Positions 1 through 12,668 are shown, counted from the first letter of the stretch. The stretch is 64,000 nucleotides of DNA from Chrysemys picta bellii (GCF_011386835.1 NC_088809.1:13640001-13704000); one strand, 5' to 3'. Notes: generated from the sequence alone by a model not told the origin. Translations and numbers: made by a program.

Positions 1-204
1 GTGGGCAGGGCTCTGCTGCCTGGAGTGGATCTTGGCTCTCCTATCATCACCCACAATTTTACAAACAAAATATTAAGTTTTGTCCTGGTAAACTGTCTCT
101 TGGGTTTAATCCCAACCAATTAAATTGTTCACTGTTGAACAAGATTGTCTAGTGACTGAGTTAAGGAGGAAGGGAGAAAGCATCAACTGAGATCATGGAT
201 CATT

Positions 205-1993
205 CTACAAATAGACTAGAAGCAAGAGGAAGACCAAGGACAGGGTAGGCCCATTACAAATTGAGGCGGGGGCAGGGGGGAATAATAGAAAAAGTGGAAA
301 TGGCAGAGGTGCTTAATCACTTCTTTGTTTCGGTTTTCACCAAGAAGGTTGGTGGTGATTGGACGTCTAACATAGTGAATGCCAGTGAAAATGAGGTAGG
401 TTCAGAAGAGGCTAAAATAGGGAAAGAAGAAGTTAAAAATTATTTGGACAAATTAGATGTCTTCAAGTCGCCAGGGCCTGATGAAATGCATCCTAGAATA
501 CTCAAGGAGCTGACTTAGGAGATATCTGAGCCATTAGCGATTAACTTTGAAAAGTCACGGAAGACTGGGGAGATTCCAGAAGACTGGAAAAGGGCAACTA
601 TAGTGCCAATCTAATAAAAGGGAAATAAGGACAAACCAGAGAATTACAGACCGGTCAGCTTAACTTCTGTACCCGGAAAGATAATGGAGCAAATAATTAA
701 GCAATCAATTTGCAAACATCTAGAAGATAATAAGGTGGTAAGTAACAATCAGCATGGATTTGTCAAAAACAAATCATGTCAAACCAACCTGACAGCTTTC
801 TTTGACAGGGTAACAAGCCTTGTGGATAGGGAGGAAGCGGTAGACGTGGTATATCTTGACTTCAGTAAAGCTTTTGTACTGTCTTGCATGACCTTCTCAT
901 AAACAAACTAGGGAAATGCAACCTAGATGGAGCTACTATAAGGTGGGTGCAAAACTGGTTGGAAAACCATTCCCAGAGAGTAGTTATCAGTGGTTCACAG
1001 TCATGCTGGAAGGGCATAACGAGTGGGTCCCACAGGGATCAGTTCTGGGTCTGGTTCTGTTCAATATCTGCATCCATGATTTAGATAATGGCATACAGAG
1101 TACACTTATCAAGTTTGCAGACGATGCCAAGCTGGGAGGGGTTGCAAGTTCTTTGGAGGATAAGATTAAAATTCAAAATGATCTGGACAAACTGGAGAAA
1201 TGGTCTGAAGTAAATAGGATGAAATTCAATAAGGATAAATGCAAAGTTCTCCATTTAGGAAGGAACGATCAGTTGCACACATACAAAATAGGAAATGACT
1301 GCCTAGGAAGGAGTACTGAGAAAAGGGAGCAGGGAGTCATAGTGGACCACAAGCTAAATATGAGTCAATAATGTAACACTGTTGCAAAAAAAGCAAAGAT
1401 CCTTCTGGGATGCATTAGCAGGAGCATTGTAAGCAAGACAGGAGAAGAAATTCTACTTTACTCCGTGCTGATTAGGCCTCAACTGGAGTATTGTGTCCAA
1501 TCCTGGGCTCCACATTTCAGGAAAGATGTGGACAAACTGGAGAAAGTCCAGAGAAGAGCAACAAAAATGATTAAAGGTCTAAAAAACATGACCTATGAAG
1601 GAAGATTGAAAAAAATTGGGTTTGTTTAGTGTGGAAAAGAGAAGACTGAGAGGGGACATGACAACAGTTTTCAAGTATGTAAAAGGTCGTTGCAAGGAGG
1701 AGGGAGGAAAAATTGTTCTTCTTAACCTCTGAGGATAGGACAAGAAGCAATGGGCTTAAACTGCAGCACAGGAGGTTTAGTCTGGACATTAGGAAAAACT
1801 TCCTAACTGTCAGAGTGGTTAAGCACTGGAATAAATTGCCTATGGAAGTTGTGGAATATCCATCACTGGAGATTTTTAAGAGCAAATACCTGTCAGGAAT
1901 GGGCTAGATAATACTTAGTCCTGCCTTGAGTGCAGGGGACTGGACTAGATGACCTCTCGAGGTCCCTTCCAGTCCTATCATTCTATGATTCTA
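205..1993 (+). mobile_element. CR1 LINE (PsCR1-like), 5'-truncated, ORF2 broken by frameshifts and stops
   Basis: ORF pieces 261-518, 684-902 (QHGFVKNKSCQTNL...VYLDFSKAF), 916-1371 (VPQGSVLGLVLFNI...KFADDAKLGG, RT core) and 1713-1907 ([20 protein letters not shown]). Ends in the CR1 3' tail GGTCCCTTCCAGTCCTATCATTCTATGATTCTATG. The 5' boundary is approximate. Confidence 0.95.
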
Positions 1994-2066
1994 TGGAGGA
2001 AATCAACACTGTTGGCTTATCGTTCACACCGGTGGTTCTGAGATGTTGATAATAAAGGATACTTAC

Positions 2067-2250
2067 TTGGTTGGACGATAATCCGGTATGGAACGATCCA
2101 GTGAAATTTTCTCACTGAGGTAGGAATTATAGCCATATTTCTCGTGTGGCCCCTTAGCTTTCTCTTCCTCCGCCGGGGAAAGGGTAGCAGGAAGCCCACC
2201 TTTACCACGCCCACCGTAGCCTTCAATGAGACCAAGCGACTTAGACAAAC
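2067..2250 (-). CDS. GALNT17: Internal coding exon (exon 2, 184 bp) of polypeptide N-acetylgalactosaminyltransferase 17 (WBSCR17)
   Basis: Minus-strand translation (G)LSKSLGLIEGYGGRGKGGLPATLSPAEEEKAKGPHEKYGYNSYLSEKISLDRSIPDYRPT(K) matches my recollection of human GALNT17 residues ~80-141. Acceptor ttttttttctttcccaag|GT at 2251/2250, donor AA|gtaagt at 2067/2066, and a CTCAC branch-point-like motif with A at 2283. Confidence 0.96.
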
Positions 2251-3321
2251 CTTGGGAAAGAAAAAAAAGATAATTGTTGTAGTGAGCTTATATATCAAAT
2301 CACCGCCACCGCCCTTCTGTGGGGCGGTAGGTAGATGCTCTTCCTAGTAGCTGCAGCCAAATAGTTACACATTTCTCCTGGCAATAAGTGAACATCTGTA
2401 CGGACCAGCAAATCAGATGAAGGGTACTTTAATTAAGGACTCAAGTTAGATATTCAGAGTCTGTCATACTCATTTTCACAATTCCATTTGTTTGGAGAGA
2501 TTGTACATTTTCACAAAGGATATACTGTTACGTGTCTGTTTGTTCGTATATCTACTATTTTAGAGTCCATCACTATTGCATGTACAGTACATGCTTCCCA
2601 GCCATGCAAGAAGGGGAGTTGAGAAATTCATCATCTGCAGTGATATACCCCATCAGTTAACCAAAATGCAGCCCTGGAAAAAAGTTCCCCATCAGTAGCC
2701 AATACGATGATGCCTCCTGGAGAACTGTACATACTGCAAAATCTATTTAGTTGTTAGGGACGTTATGGTTATTTATACCTACTTCCCTTTCTCAGTAGGG
2801 TAATTACATATAAGGTTAGATGTCCCCAGGAGGAGAATGGGCTGAACACAAAATAAGAATAGAAACAAGTTGGGTAACTGCCAAGTGAATAAATTTTTTA
2901 CTAAGTATGAACAGTGAATAGCATACAAATGTTGCTGATTTAAAAACAAATTTTCCCTCCTAGCTTTCTTAAAGTGCAACAATATTCTTAGGCCTTCATC
3001 AAAAGGATTTATTCATTCATATCTGTGTAGCTGTAGGAATTAAACAAGGTTCAAGAATGAATCAAGGAAAATAATAATAATAATGATAAGGAAGGCTGTG
3101 GGAAGCCAAGTTAAGACTTGCTTCACTAGCGATATATAGTGCCTGACATTTTAACATTTTTCACTAGTGGAGATTCAGACCTTTCTCTTTGGCAGATGCT
3201 AAGAAGTCTGATGGATTTTTTTTTTTTTTAAACCCTGATATTTCTTTCTTCATTTTTATTTCCGAGAGCCCTGATTCGCAGAGCCGGGCTCTCCATCACC
3301 CTGCTAATGCTTAAGACAAGA

Positions 3322-3560
3322 GAAGATGGTCTTGTAACTAAAGCACAGTAGTCAGAATTCAGAGATCAGAATTCTACTCCCAAATTTGCCATGGACATCA
3401 TGTGTAACCTTGGGTAGATGACTTAGCCTCTTTATGCCTTAGGTTCCTCCTTTTCAAGATAGGGATTTTAAATACTTCTCTACCTTAAAGGGTTGTTGCC
3501 AGGCTTAACGAAAATCATTTGTGAGCATAAATCACCGTGAAATCCTCTGACAGGAGGTGT
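3322..3560 (+). mobile_element. CORE-SINE (MIR-like) relic
   Basis: gatggtcttgtaactaaagcacag...tgtgtaaccttgggtagatgacttagcctctttatgccttaggttcc resembles the MIR head plus core. Boundaries are approximate. Confidence 0.6.
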
Positions 3561-5610
3561 TATTATTATCACAGCTTCTCACAAGGGATCTCTATCTTGC
3601 CAACTCTCCAGATTTTATCATGAATCTCATGATATTTAAGGGCTGGAAGTATGTGAAAATCTCAAAAAACAGAAAGCAAAATGAAAAATTTATTATTTTT
3701 CATGATTTTTAAGCTACTTGAGATTTTTGGGGGCTGACTCATAATACCCAGGGTTAGCAATACTATAGAACCTGGTCTCACACTTTGCTTTTAGGACAGC
3801 CTGGACCATAGTCTGATCTCACTAACACCGGTGAAAATTCAGAGTAACTCTCTGATGGATAGATTTACTCCAGATTTGGACCCATAATTTTAATTCATTC
3901 TTCTTTACCCGGTTCATGAAATATCTTTACCGAGAACTCTCTGTGATGAGTAAAATTACCCTACTCTCTACCAGCGCTATTTCTTGGCTGGTAAGAATAT
4001 AGCACAGTGTTATGAAATATCCCCAGAACGTTTTCCATGCAGTCACATTTTATTATAGGTGCCTTAAGCTCCTGCTGGTTAGCTTTTAAAGCTCTGACCC
4101 CTTAACCTTCCTGGTTTTTATTTATTTATTTACTTAATTTACAACTGTGTTCCTCCCTTACAACATTTACCATTGTGATTTTTTTTTAAAATAGGTTTCA
4201 GAAGTACTTAATAGAATTATGAGGTCTCCATGCAAAAGTGCTGAGCTAATGGTTTCTTCTTCCTCTTTAGAGACCCCTTAGATGACCCTGAGGCTACATG
4301 TTGACAGGCCTTAGAGCCTTATCTCCATTAGGGGTTTTTTTTAAGCAAAAGCTCCCTAGAGTTGCTAGTCCCAGAATAACTCACTAGTATGGAATGGTTG
4401 TCAGAATTTTTAATACCCTGTTTCACCAAGCTCAGAGCAGGTCTAAATGACATGGTGTTAAAAATCTTGGCAGCCACAGGAGGTGTCCACCATCACTAAC
4501 AGTGGTGGATCTGTATCAGTGCTAGCAATAGTGGGACATCTTTGCTAAAGAACCCTAGTGTAGTCAAGGTTCTGTGTCTTGTGAACATGCAATCTGACTG
4601 TCAACGGAGGAAGCTCTACTGAGTAAATAGCAAGAACTGACCTCCAGCTCATCAGCTTTGAAAGAAAAAGCTCATCATGTCATTAACTATTTTATTTCGA
4701 GAGATTAGTCATGATAGACACACAAGTGTTGATTCATATCGACCAACTAAACAATCACTGAAGCTAATTTCCAGATATACATCTTTCTGCGCTACTCCTC
4801 CATCGGCTCATGGTGTTACAGCGAAAGCTGATAAACCGACGTCAAACCATGTAATCAGTGAAATAAATTAAATACGTAATTCAATCATTCTGCATACATT
4901 AGGCAAGGGATCTGCAGTGAGCAAATATCCTCTTTCGGTGCTGTCCTGTCTGGCATATCAAAGGCACCCAAAGGGGTGGTCACAAAAAATGAAAATCCCC
5001 AGGTGTGATGTGACAACTAGGGTCTATGCATTGTACTCAGGGTTGGTCTCATGCCTCCTCCCCCAGCTTAGGCTGTCAGAAAGGTTCATCAATGCAGCTA
5101 AAGTGTCACTTTGTTTTAAGGTGCTTTGAACTGACGATCAAGAAGTGTTTGGCGAGGATGTTAACAGCCCAACTCCAACAGGAAAATGAAAGAGACATTT
5201 GTTTCCAACTGGTTGAAAAGCTGTCTCCAAAGAGATGAGATTGAAGAGAAATAATCAGATAGGGACCCTGATCCAGCAAATCACTTAAGCCTTTTTTCGT
5301 TTTATTTTATTTAGGAGAATAAATGTGCTTTAGGCACCCTTGTGCTTTCGGCATCCTTGAGGTAACTTAAAAATACAGCTTAAGTGCAGCTGTACAATTT
5401 CAGCTAACAACTCCACTGAAACCAAATAACTTAAAAACTCAAATCCTCTTCAAACAATCCACCACGTTTATAATTCCTCCTCCCAACCACTCCATTTTCA
5501 AATGCCTCGGAAAAGAGATGAGTCTTACAAACATGCCTTTCACACACCATTCCAGTTGTGCCTCATTGTTTGCTTGGGCTCCCCTCACCTATTTTTCATC
5601 ATGTTGTTCT

Positions 5611-5738
5611 TAGATTATAAACTGTCTGGGGGCAAGAACTATCGTTTTGGTCTGTGTTTTGTACAGCACCTAGCACAACAGGGCCCTGGTTTGTGACAAG
5701 AAATTCTAGGTGTTACTGCAACACAAAGAAATAATAAT
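5611..5738 (+). mobile_element. L2-type LINE 3'-tail fragment
   Basis: tagattataaactgtctgggggcaaga...tgtgttttgtacagcacctagcacaacagggccc...(aat)n. The same motif recurs at ~13609, ~16941, ~55428 and ~56921. Confidence 0.6.
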
Positions 5739-7290
5739 AGTGTGCTGAAGATTATCAGATTTGGGCTATTTTGGACCATAGGAAGAGTTATTTCCAAAGA
5801 TACAAGACCATCAAAGAGAATGCTCTGCCAGCACCCTCCTCTCATTTATACCAATGGGACTGTGGCTTCCGCACCACTGCTGATATCCGCTCTGATAGTA
5901 TGGCCCATACAACATGTCTGTAGCTTTAAGCAAGAGTGGTACCATTGAGTTCAATGGGACTAGTTGCATGCTTAAAGTAAAACGTGCTTAAGGCCTTTAT
6001 AGATAGTAAGTATATTTTTAATTCTCTGTTTGTCTTTCGCTGCTTCTAGGGACCCTATGTCTGTGTCTCAAAGAGTGAGTGATCTCCCCTACCAGGTCCA
6101 TGCTGCTGACAGAGAATGAATCATTAGATGCTTCTGGTGATTTAGAAGCAGGGAACAGTGAATTGATTCTGATAAAAATAGAACAGACATGAACCTTTCC
6201 CAACAAGCAAACCAAATCTTTATTATTCTGGCCAGGCACAGAAACATAACTGCCAAACTGCTGCCAGAAAGGTGCTTCTTTTGCTTTGGTTCCATCCTGT
6301 CTAGAAGTGATAAACACCATTAAGCTTGCCAAAAAAGCCTGACATTAGGTGATTCTCTGCCCAATTTTACAAACTCAAGAGATTCAGATAGTTTGGATAA
6401 AGGTCAGGTATTGATCTGGACTGGATCTTTGAACGTTTCTGAGCCACACCCATCATTAAATTACATTCTCCCAAATAACACCTCAGAAAGGGTATTTTAC
6501 TCCAAGTCTCCCAGATTGATTTGAATTTTGGGGCAAAGGAGCATCCAGCGGCAGTAAGTAAGAGTCTATGCCTATAATGCTAAATATCTGAGTCACTCCC
6601 GCTGCAAAGCCAGAAATCAAATTCTCCAAGGACTCACAAAGTGTTGGTTTTCTTCATGATGGCATAAAAAATTAATTTCTATAGCAAAATTATTCCTATG
6701 CTAACACCGTTACAGTAACTATATTCTTCTTCTCTTAAACTAGCAATATATTTGATAACGAGACAGTAGCTTTCTCAGATAATAATATATAATATAATGT
6801 GATACACAATCTTCAATTACAAAGCACCCAGTCAAACAGAGAGCCCATGCACAGTGCAACTGGGAAAAACATTTTTCTATACTTCAGCACAACTGAAAGC
6901 AAACATTAATCTAGCTTGTATAAATATTTAGAGAGCAAACTTCCTTCATTTAGAAGTACAGAGAGTTAGCAATAGAAAGGGCTTAAGGGTGCAAATGATC
7001 ATTTACTGGCAAAGATTGTCCCAAGCCATAACAGTTGGATCCAAATTAAGAACTGAGTTTCTCTAAAAGGTCAGGACTGTTCGAATTCAGTTCAGACAGT
7101 TATAGAGCTCAGGACCAGCTGAAAAGTTTGGATCAGTTCCAAACTTCTCCAAAGTCAGACTGTTAGCACCCAGGATTTTTGTTCATACCCCGGTCTTGTT
7201 ATTAGCAGAATAAAAGCAGGACTTAACAACAGAAAGCAACTCAGAGTTGGAAGACCTAAGAGACCTGGTTGGAATAGAGAATACGAGAAG

Positions 7291-7800
7291 AGCTGCAGCC
7301 ATGCCCTGGAGCTAAGATCTCAATGGGTCTCATAAGCTAAGCAGGGTAGACAATACTTTGATGGGAGACCATCAAGGAAACCCCAAGACACTACACGAAG
7401 TGGTGCTGGTAATTTAATTAGGACCCTCTTCTTTCCAAGCTTGTACTGAAACAATTGCCTCCAGCAGGTAATGTGCTTCTGGAGGTGCCATCTTTCAAAT
7501 GCACCTTAGAACCGTCACACTGATCACTTCTGGTCATTAAAGATGCATGTTCCTTTTTTTCCCCCAAGAGGACCGTTGTCCCAGCCAAATTCTGAATAAA
7601 TTACATACCGCCACCCTAAATTTTCCATATAGTTTCAAATGGATATAGTATTCCTTTGTTCTTCCTAACTTCTTGTGTACCATTGCTGGGTGATTGAACA
7701 GCTGTTATATTCCATTCCAATGTGCCTAGATACCAGTGGTGATGTGATTCTTGTAGATGGTCTATAATAAAGCTCAATGGGATGACATACGCTATAATAA
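7291..7800 (+). mobile_element. 5S rRNA-derived SINE (AmnSINE1/Deu-domain type), near full length
   Basis: 5S-like head with AAGCTAAGCAGGGT (7334-7347, box A) and TTGATGGGAGACC (box C-like). Deu-domain motif GGTCATTAAAGAT at 7532-7544, then an AmnSINE-like 3' part (aaacagctg...cagtggtg...cgctata). Confidence 0.75.
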
Positions 7801-8871
7801 GTCATATTAAATCAGAAGGTACAACATACATGATTTGAAAGAAAGGATCTACATTTTACAGTGCATGCACTGATACTCTGAGGCCACTGACAAGTAATGG
7901 AGTGACCCATACCGTGTGATCAGATGACTGTCTGTTCCAGGCACCTAGATACTGTGTTTGGATCCGGATGATTCAGAAAGTGCATTTGCAGGAAGGTCAA
8001 AGAAAGAGCATATTTCAGCAATCCAACCTATTTATAATGACTGTATGAATAACGCTCACAGCACTGGCCAAGGTAAGTGAACTCCTTAACCTGGCAATAT
8101 TACTTAAGTGCTATTTGTTTAAAAAAAAAAAAAAAGCTGATCAAGTGGTGGCATGAAATGCTCAACTGAAAGGAAACTCAGCGTCAAAAACACAGCCAAG
8201 AACTGTACGGATTTTGCTGACATAAAACCCAAGGCATCCAAATGCAACCCGAGGAAGTTCACCTTAGTCAGCCTCTGCCTAAGACCAACCCGCAGATATT
8301 CATTCTTAGTAGGATATAGGCACAACCAATTTTTTCCCCTTCTACAGGAATGAATTTATATCAGATGTCTAAGCCTGTCTAACAGACTACCATACATGGA
8401 CTGGCGTCAAAAGGGGGGGGGGAATAGTTATATCTATGCTGATAGTAGGAAAAATCTACAGCACACTGCCTCATATTAAAACCTGAAAGCAATAACAACA
8501 TATAGAAATTAAATACGAGTGCCAGTGTTGCACTGTCATTTCTAAAGGCACAAAATTGCCTTCAGGGTCAGTAAATCCAACTTTTTGACACAACTGCATG
8601 TTGATGCCCGACAGAAACATATCTACCTGATCCATGTGCACATGTCCAGATTTGCCTACGTATTTATGAACTCAGTAGACTTCCTCTAGTACAAGTACTG
8701 AGATAGATCCTTAGAAGGTATCAATTGGCATAGCTCCATTTAGTTGAGGTTCTGGCCAGCTACATTTATTATTTTGCTCTCTCTAACTTTTTCCTATCTG
8801 CCGTGCTCCTGAGCTCTGTTTGTTCTTTGTAAGCAATTTTGGACAGGGACTCCGTCTTGTGTTGTGCGTAG

Positions 8872-9405
8872 TGCTGGTTGAAAATTTTCCCACTGAATGT
8901 TTTTCCATCACAAAATAATGATTAGTCCAAACTGAAAGATTCTATGGGATCATGTCAACTTTGATGAAATTTTGTTTAGGAAAAAAATGGAAATGAATCA
9001 TTTTGATAAGGTCAAACGGTTCCGTTTCAATCCTATTTGTTTTGACCTTATCCGAATGGTATGTTTTGATTTTTCTTTTCAAAATGACGTTATTTTGCAA
9101 TTTATTTTTATTGTTGCATTATATTTTTATTTTTGCTTTATTAATTTATATTTTATTAGTTTATATTTAGTATTTCTTATTTTATATGTATTTTAATATT
9201 TTAATGTTTTCTTTCACAAAATAATTACAAATAAAATGATATAAAATATAATAATAAATGGTGTGCCTGACCCAAAATGAAATGCTTTCAAAAATGATGC
9301 GTCTTGGGAAATTTTGAAATTCAATGTTTCATTCCAAGTCGGAATAATTTTTTCCCCCTGAAATGGCAGAAATTCCAGTGAATCCTGGTTCCCAGACAGC
9401 TCTAG
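8872..9405. mobile_element. AT-rich non-autonomous DNA-transposon-like relic
   Basis: AT-rich block ending ...ccagacagctcta. Related ends (tagagctggtc...) occur at ~27971 and similar text at ~32205-32420. Family not identified. Confidence 0.35.
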
Positions 9406-10883
9406 TCATTTGTTTGTACATTGTAAAGAACAGTGGGGGGCTGGTCTATGATTGGGGTCCCCAGACATTACCATAATACAAATAATAAATAATAATTCTA
9501 CTCACAATTGTTGCTGTTGAGAGATGTAACATGCACCTTTCGCAACCCTTCCCTTCTAGTCTACTCTTCAGCGTGTGAAAGAGTTATCAGGACAATGCTC
9601 CCAAACCCTGCCAGCTCAGACACCGAGTAAATGCATTGGATCTGTATGGAATACAGTTCTGCTTGGCATGCTGGATCCAGAACTGATGATATCAGCACAT
9701 TAAAAAAAAAAAAAAGGCAAATTTCTGCCCTCTTGCCCTATTGATTTAATGTATCAGAGGGCAGAAAGTGACTCCAAGAGTCTGTCCTGCAGAGGTCGGA
9801 CAGCAATAATCAAGGAAAACATTAGAACAGGCATGAGAAATTGGAAGGTTACTGAGAGGGTGGGTGAGATGATGTTGGAAGAAAGGTCAAAGGTGGGGAG
9901 GGATAAAAAATATTGGCGATCCAGGTCCCATTTAGTTTTGATACACTATCTACCTGTCAGTGCATTTCATCACCTCTCGGACACCAAGCTGGCTGCATGT
10001 ATTGTTTTCCCAAGGTTTCTCACTCCATTTATTGTGCAGTTTTACTTGGCTGATTCATAAGTGTCACAATTTGTTTCCTCCATGGCAAACAGCAAGAAAT
10101 GCCTACAAAGCCCTTTGCTCTAGTTTCTTCCTCATAGGGCTGGACAGCTCTTAATAATGGCTGGTTTGGTCTGTTTCACACTCCTCTCTGAAATATAAAT
10201 CTGTTGGCTATTTGTTGAGGCTCCAAGATGGGGGAGGGAGGCGGGGGAAGGAAAGCCCAACATAAGCAACTGCAACTGTGAATGATCCACTAACCTTGCT
10301 GTCTTGTCGGGATAAATTTTCAGCACAGAGAGTTAGACCCCCTGGCTACCATTAAAACTGATTGAAACAGTTAAACTGCCATGCTAAAGATTTCTCCCGC
10401 AAAGCCTCTGGAATGAGATATATTTTATTATATACTATCTAAAATGTTATACAGAGAGATTGTTTTTAATTATATTTTATTTAATATAACTAATTTAATA
10501 TAATCAAATGTATAACATTATAGTATTGTACATTACAGACAATGTAACTAGTCAGATAACACCTAGACACAAGTTGGGTGCTTTACAGTTCAAAAAGAAA
10601 GACCAGGCTCTTGCCCCATGCAGCCTACAGTCTTCCATCCCTATTTAGCAAACATGTACAACCAGTAACCATATGCACATGACCAGTTCCAGCCATGTCC
10701 TAGATCTGCTCACATACTTGAGTGGTGGCACCTAATCTTGATGAGTGGAGTTAACAAACAGTAGCAGCTAGAGATAGAGAAGGCCATGAGGTTAAAGTGA
10801 GGAAGGCCATGGGTTAAAGTATGTGGTTACTATGTTCAGGCGTGTGCATATCTGGGCATTCTTGTAAAAAGGTTTCTCTAATG

Positions 10884-11567
10884 CAGGGGTGGGCAAACTA
10901 TGGCCCGTGGGCCAGATCCAGCCCACGACCTGTTTTAAGCCAGTCTGTGAGCTCCCACTGGGGAGCGGGATCTGGGGCTTGTCCCGCTCCGGTGCTCCAC
11001 CCGGGGTGCCGGGTCGGGGGCCGCACCACGTGGCTCGGCCCTGCTCTGGTGCTCCAGCCATGTCACTCCCAGAAGCAGCCGCATGGCCCCACTCTGAGGG
11101 TAGGGGACCGCTCCACACGTAGGAGCAGGAGAAGGGACATGCTGCTGCTTCCAGGAGTCGCTTGAGGTAAGCGCCGCTCGGAGCCTGCACCCCGAGCCTC
11201 TCCCCATGCCCCAACCCCCTGCCTTGATCCTCCTCCAGCTCTCCAAACCCCTTGATCCCTTGATCCCAGCATGGAGCACCCTCCTGCAACCCAAACCTCT
11301 CATCCCCACCCCCACCCCGGAACCTGCATCCCTTCCTGCACCCCTACCCCAGCCCTGATCCCCCTCCTGCCCGCCGAACCCCTCGGTCCCAGTCCAGAGC
11401 ACCCTCCTACACCCCAAACTCCTCATCCCCAGCCCCATCCCAGAGCCTGCACCCCCAACCAGAGCCCTCACCCTCTCCTGTACCCCAATTTTGTGAGCAT
11501 TCATGGCCCACCATACATTTTCTATTCCCCGATGTCGCCCTTAAGCCAAAAAGTTTGCCCATCCATG
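10884..11567. mobile_element. hAT (Charlie/Buster-type) MITE, GC-rich
   Basis: TIR caggggtgggcaaact / agtttgcccatccatg; TSD ctctaatg (10876-10883) / ctctaata (11568-11575). Same family as 37993-38898 in the opposite orientation. Confidence 0.9.
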
Positions 11568-11829
11568 CTCTAATATAATAATCACAGGCTAGATTCTGAC
11601 TCAGGCTAAGTACCTGTGCAAGGAACTAAGACCCACCTTACATCCATATTGAGCCACCTGGAATTTAGGTCTAGGAGTAAGCATAACAACTTGCTTGCTT
11701 CCTGCCTACCCAGAAGAGATAGGTGGAGATTACATTACATTATCACCCTCTCCAAAGCCCCTTTACGATACCAGAATGGTGTAAAGGGATCTTAGTGTGA
11801 TGTTCAAGGGCAATTGTGAGTTATTTTGG

Positions 11830-11910
11830 GGAAGTTGTATGGCCTGTGTTCTACAGGAGGTCAGACAAGATGATTACAATGGTCCCTTTTGGCCTTGGAA
11901 TCTATGAATA
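11830..11910 (+). mobile_element. CR1 3'-end fragment
   Basis: ggcctgtgttctacaggaggtcagacaagatgattacaatggtcccttttggccttggaatctatgaat is a typical CR1 3' UTR terminus. Confidence 0.65.
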
Positions 11911-12274
11911 TGCATTCAGAGAAAAAAATCAGGCTAACAGTTTTTGATTTTTTTGTGAAGTTCTGTCCAAGTGGTTAAGAGAAATTACTCTGCATATTTT
12001 CCTCCCACAGAATCTATTATTTTCAGGTCAAATTTTCTCAGGAGAAGTTGTTTATTTAAAAAATCCACATAGTCTCTCCCCGCCCCTCCCTCCCCCCCCT
12101 GCTTTTCTGTGAACCATTTCTTTTGTCTGCAAATGAGCCAATTACAAGGGGGGAGAGAGAGAGAGATAATCACCTCACATATTACATGGACATTTATTTT
12201 TAATCTGGCAAGAAAGGAAATGCCACGTTTTCGTGCATGCATTATAAAAACCAAAATTCAACTCACCCCATTCC

Positions 12275-12668
12275 CTTTGTTATGTGAATGGGCACACATG
12301 ATTCATTCTTGTTCACACCAAGCCAAGCTATATTTCCATAACAGAGCCTTTGATAACCACAAAAAGAAAAAGTGCAGAAAACTCCACAAAGTCCAATGGA
12401 GTTCTCACCATGCAGATCTAATTTAGCTACAAAGACCCTAAGATACATTGAATTTTACAATGGGAATCAGCATATATTTCTACTTCAAATTTCTGCACAA
12501 GGCTAACATAGCCATGTTCCATATGATCCCTCCCAGGTCTACAGTTCAAAACTTCTCATTAAAATGCTCTTTAAAGTGCTGGTTACTTTGGACTCAGTGT
12601 CTCCCACAATGGCCAGTCCGAAAAGTAATAAGAGCATCTCAATGCAAATATGTCATTGTTATGCAAAT
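12275..12668. promoter_or_regulatory. Candidate SOX-POU (SOX2/OCT-type) composite enhancer module
   Basis: Exact CATTGTTATGCAAAT at 12654-12668; a second octamer ATGCAAAT at 12642-12649; CTTTGTTATGTGAAT (13/15 to CTTTGTTATGCAAAT) at 12275-12289; ACAATGG SOX sites at 12457 and 12606. No repeat recognised here. Function is inferred. Confidence 0.5.

Noticed and set aside
4677-4871. ORF containing YRPTK, as at the end of the GALNT17 exon
   Set aside because: Five-residue coincidence on the opposite strand; no further similarity and no matching splice sites.
7291-7400. 5S rRNA gene
   Set aside because: Diverged, with a deletion between box A and box C, and continuous with a SINE body. It is a SINE head.
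10792-11573. Long overlapping ORFs (up to 189 aa); likewise 38324-38974, 42666-43394 and 46997-48142 (215 aa)
   Set aside because: All lie in GC-rich MITEs where stop codons are scarce. The translations are low-complexity Gly/Pro/Arg with no domain.
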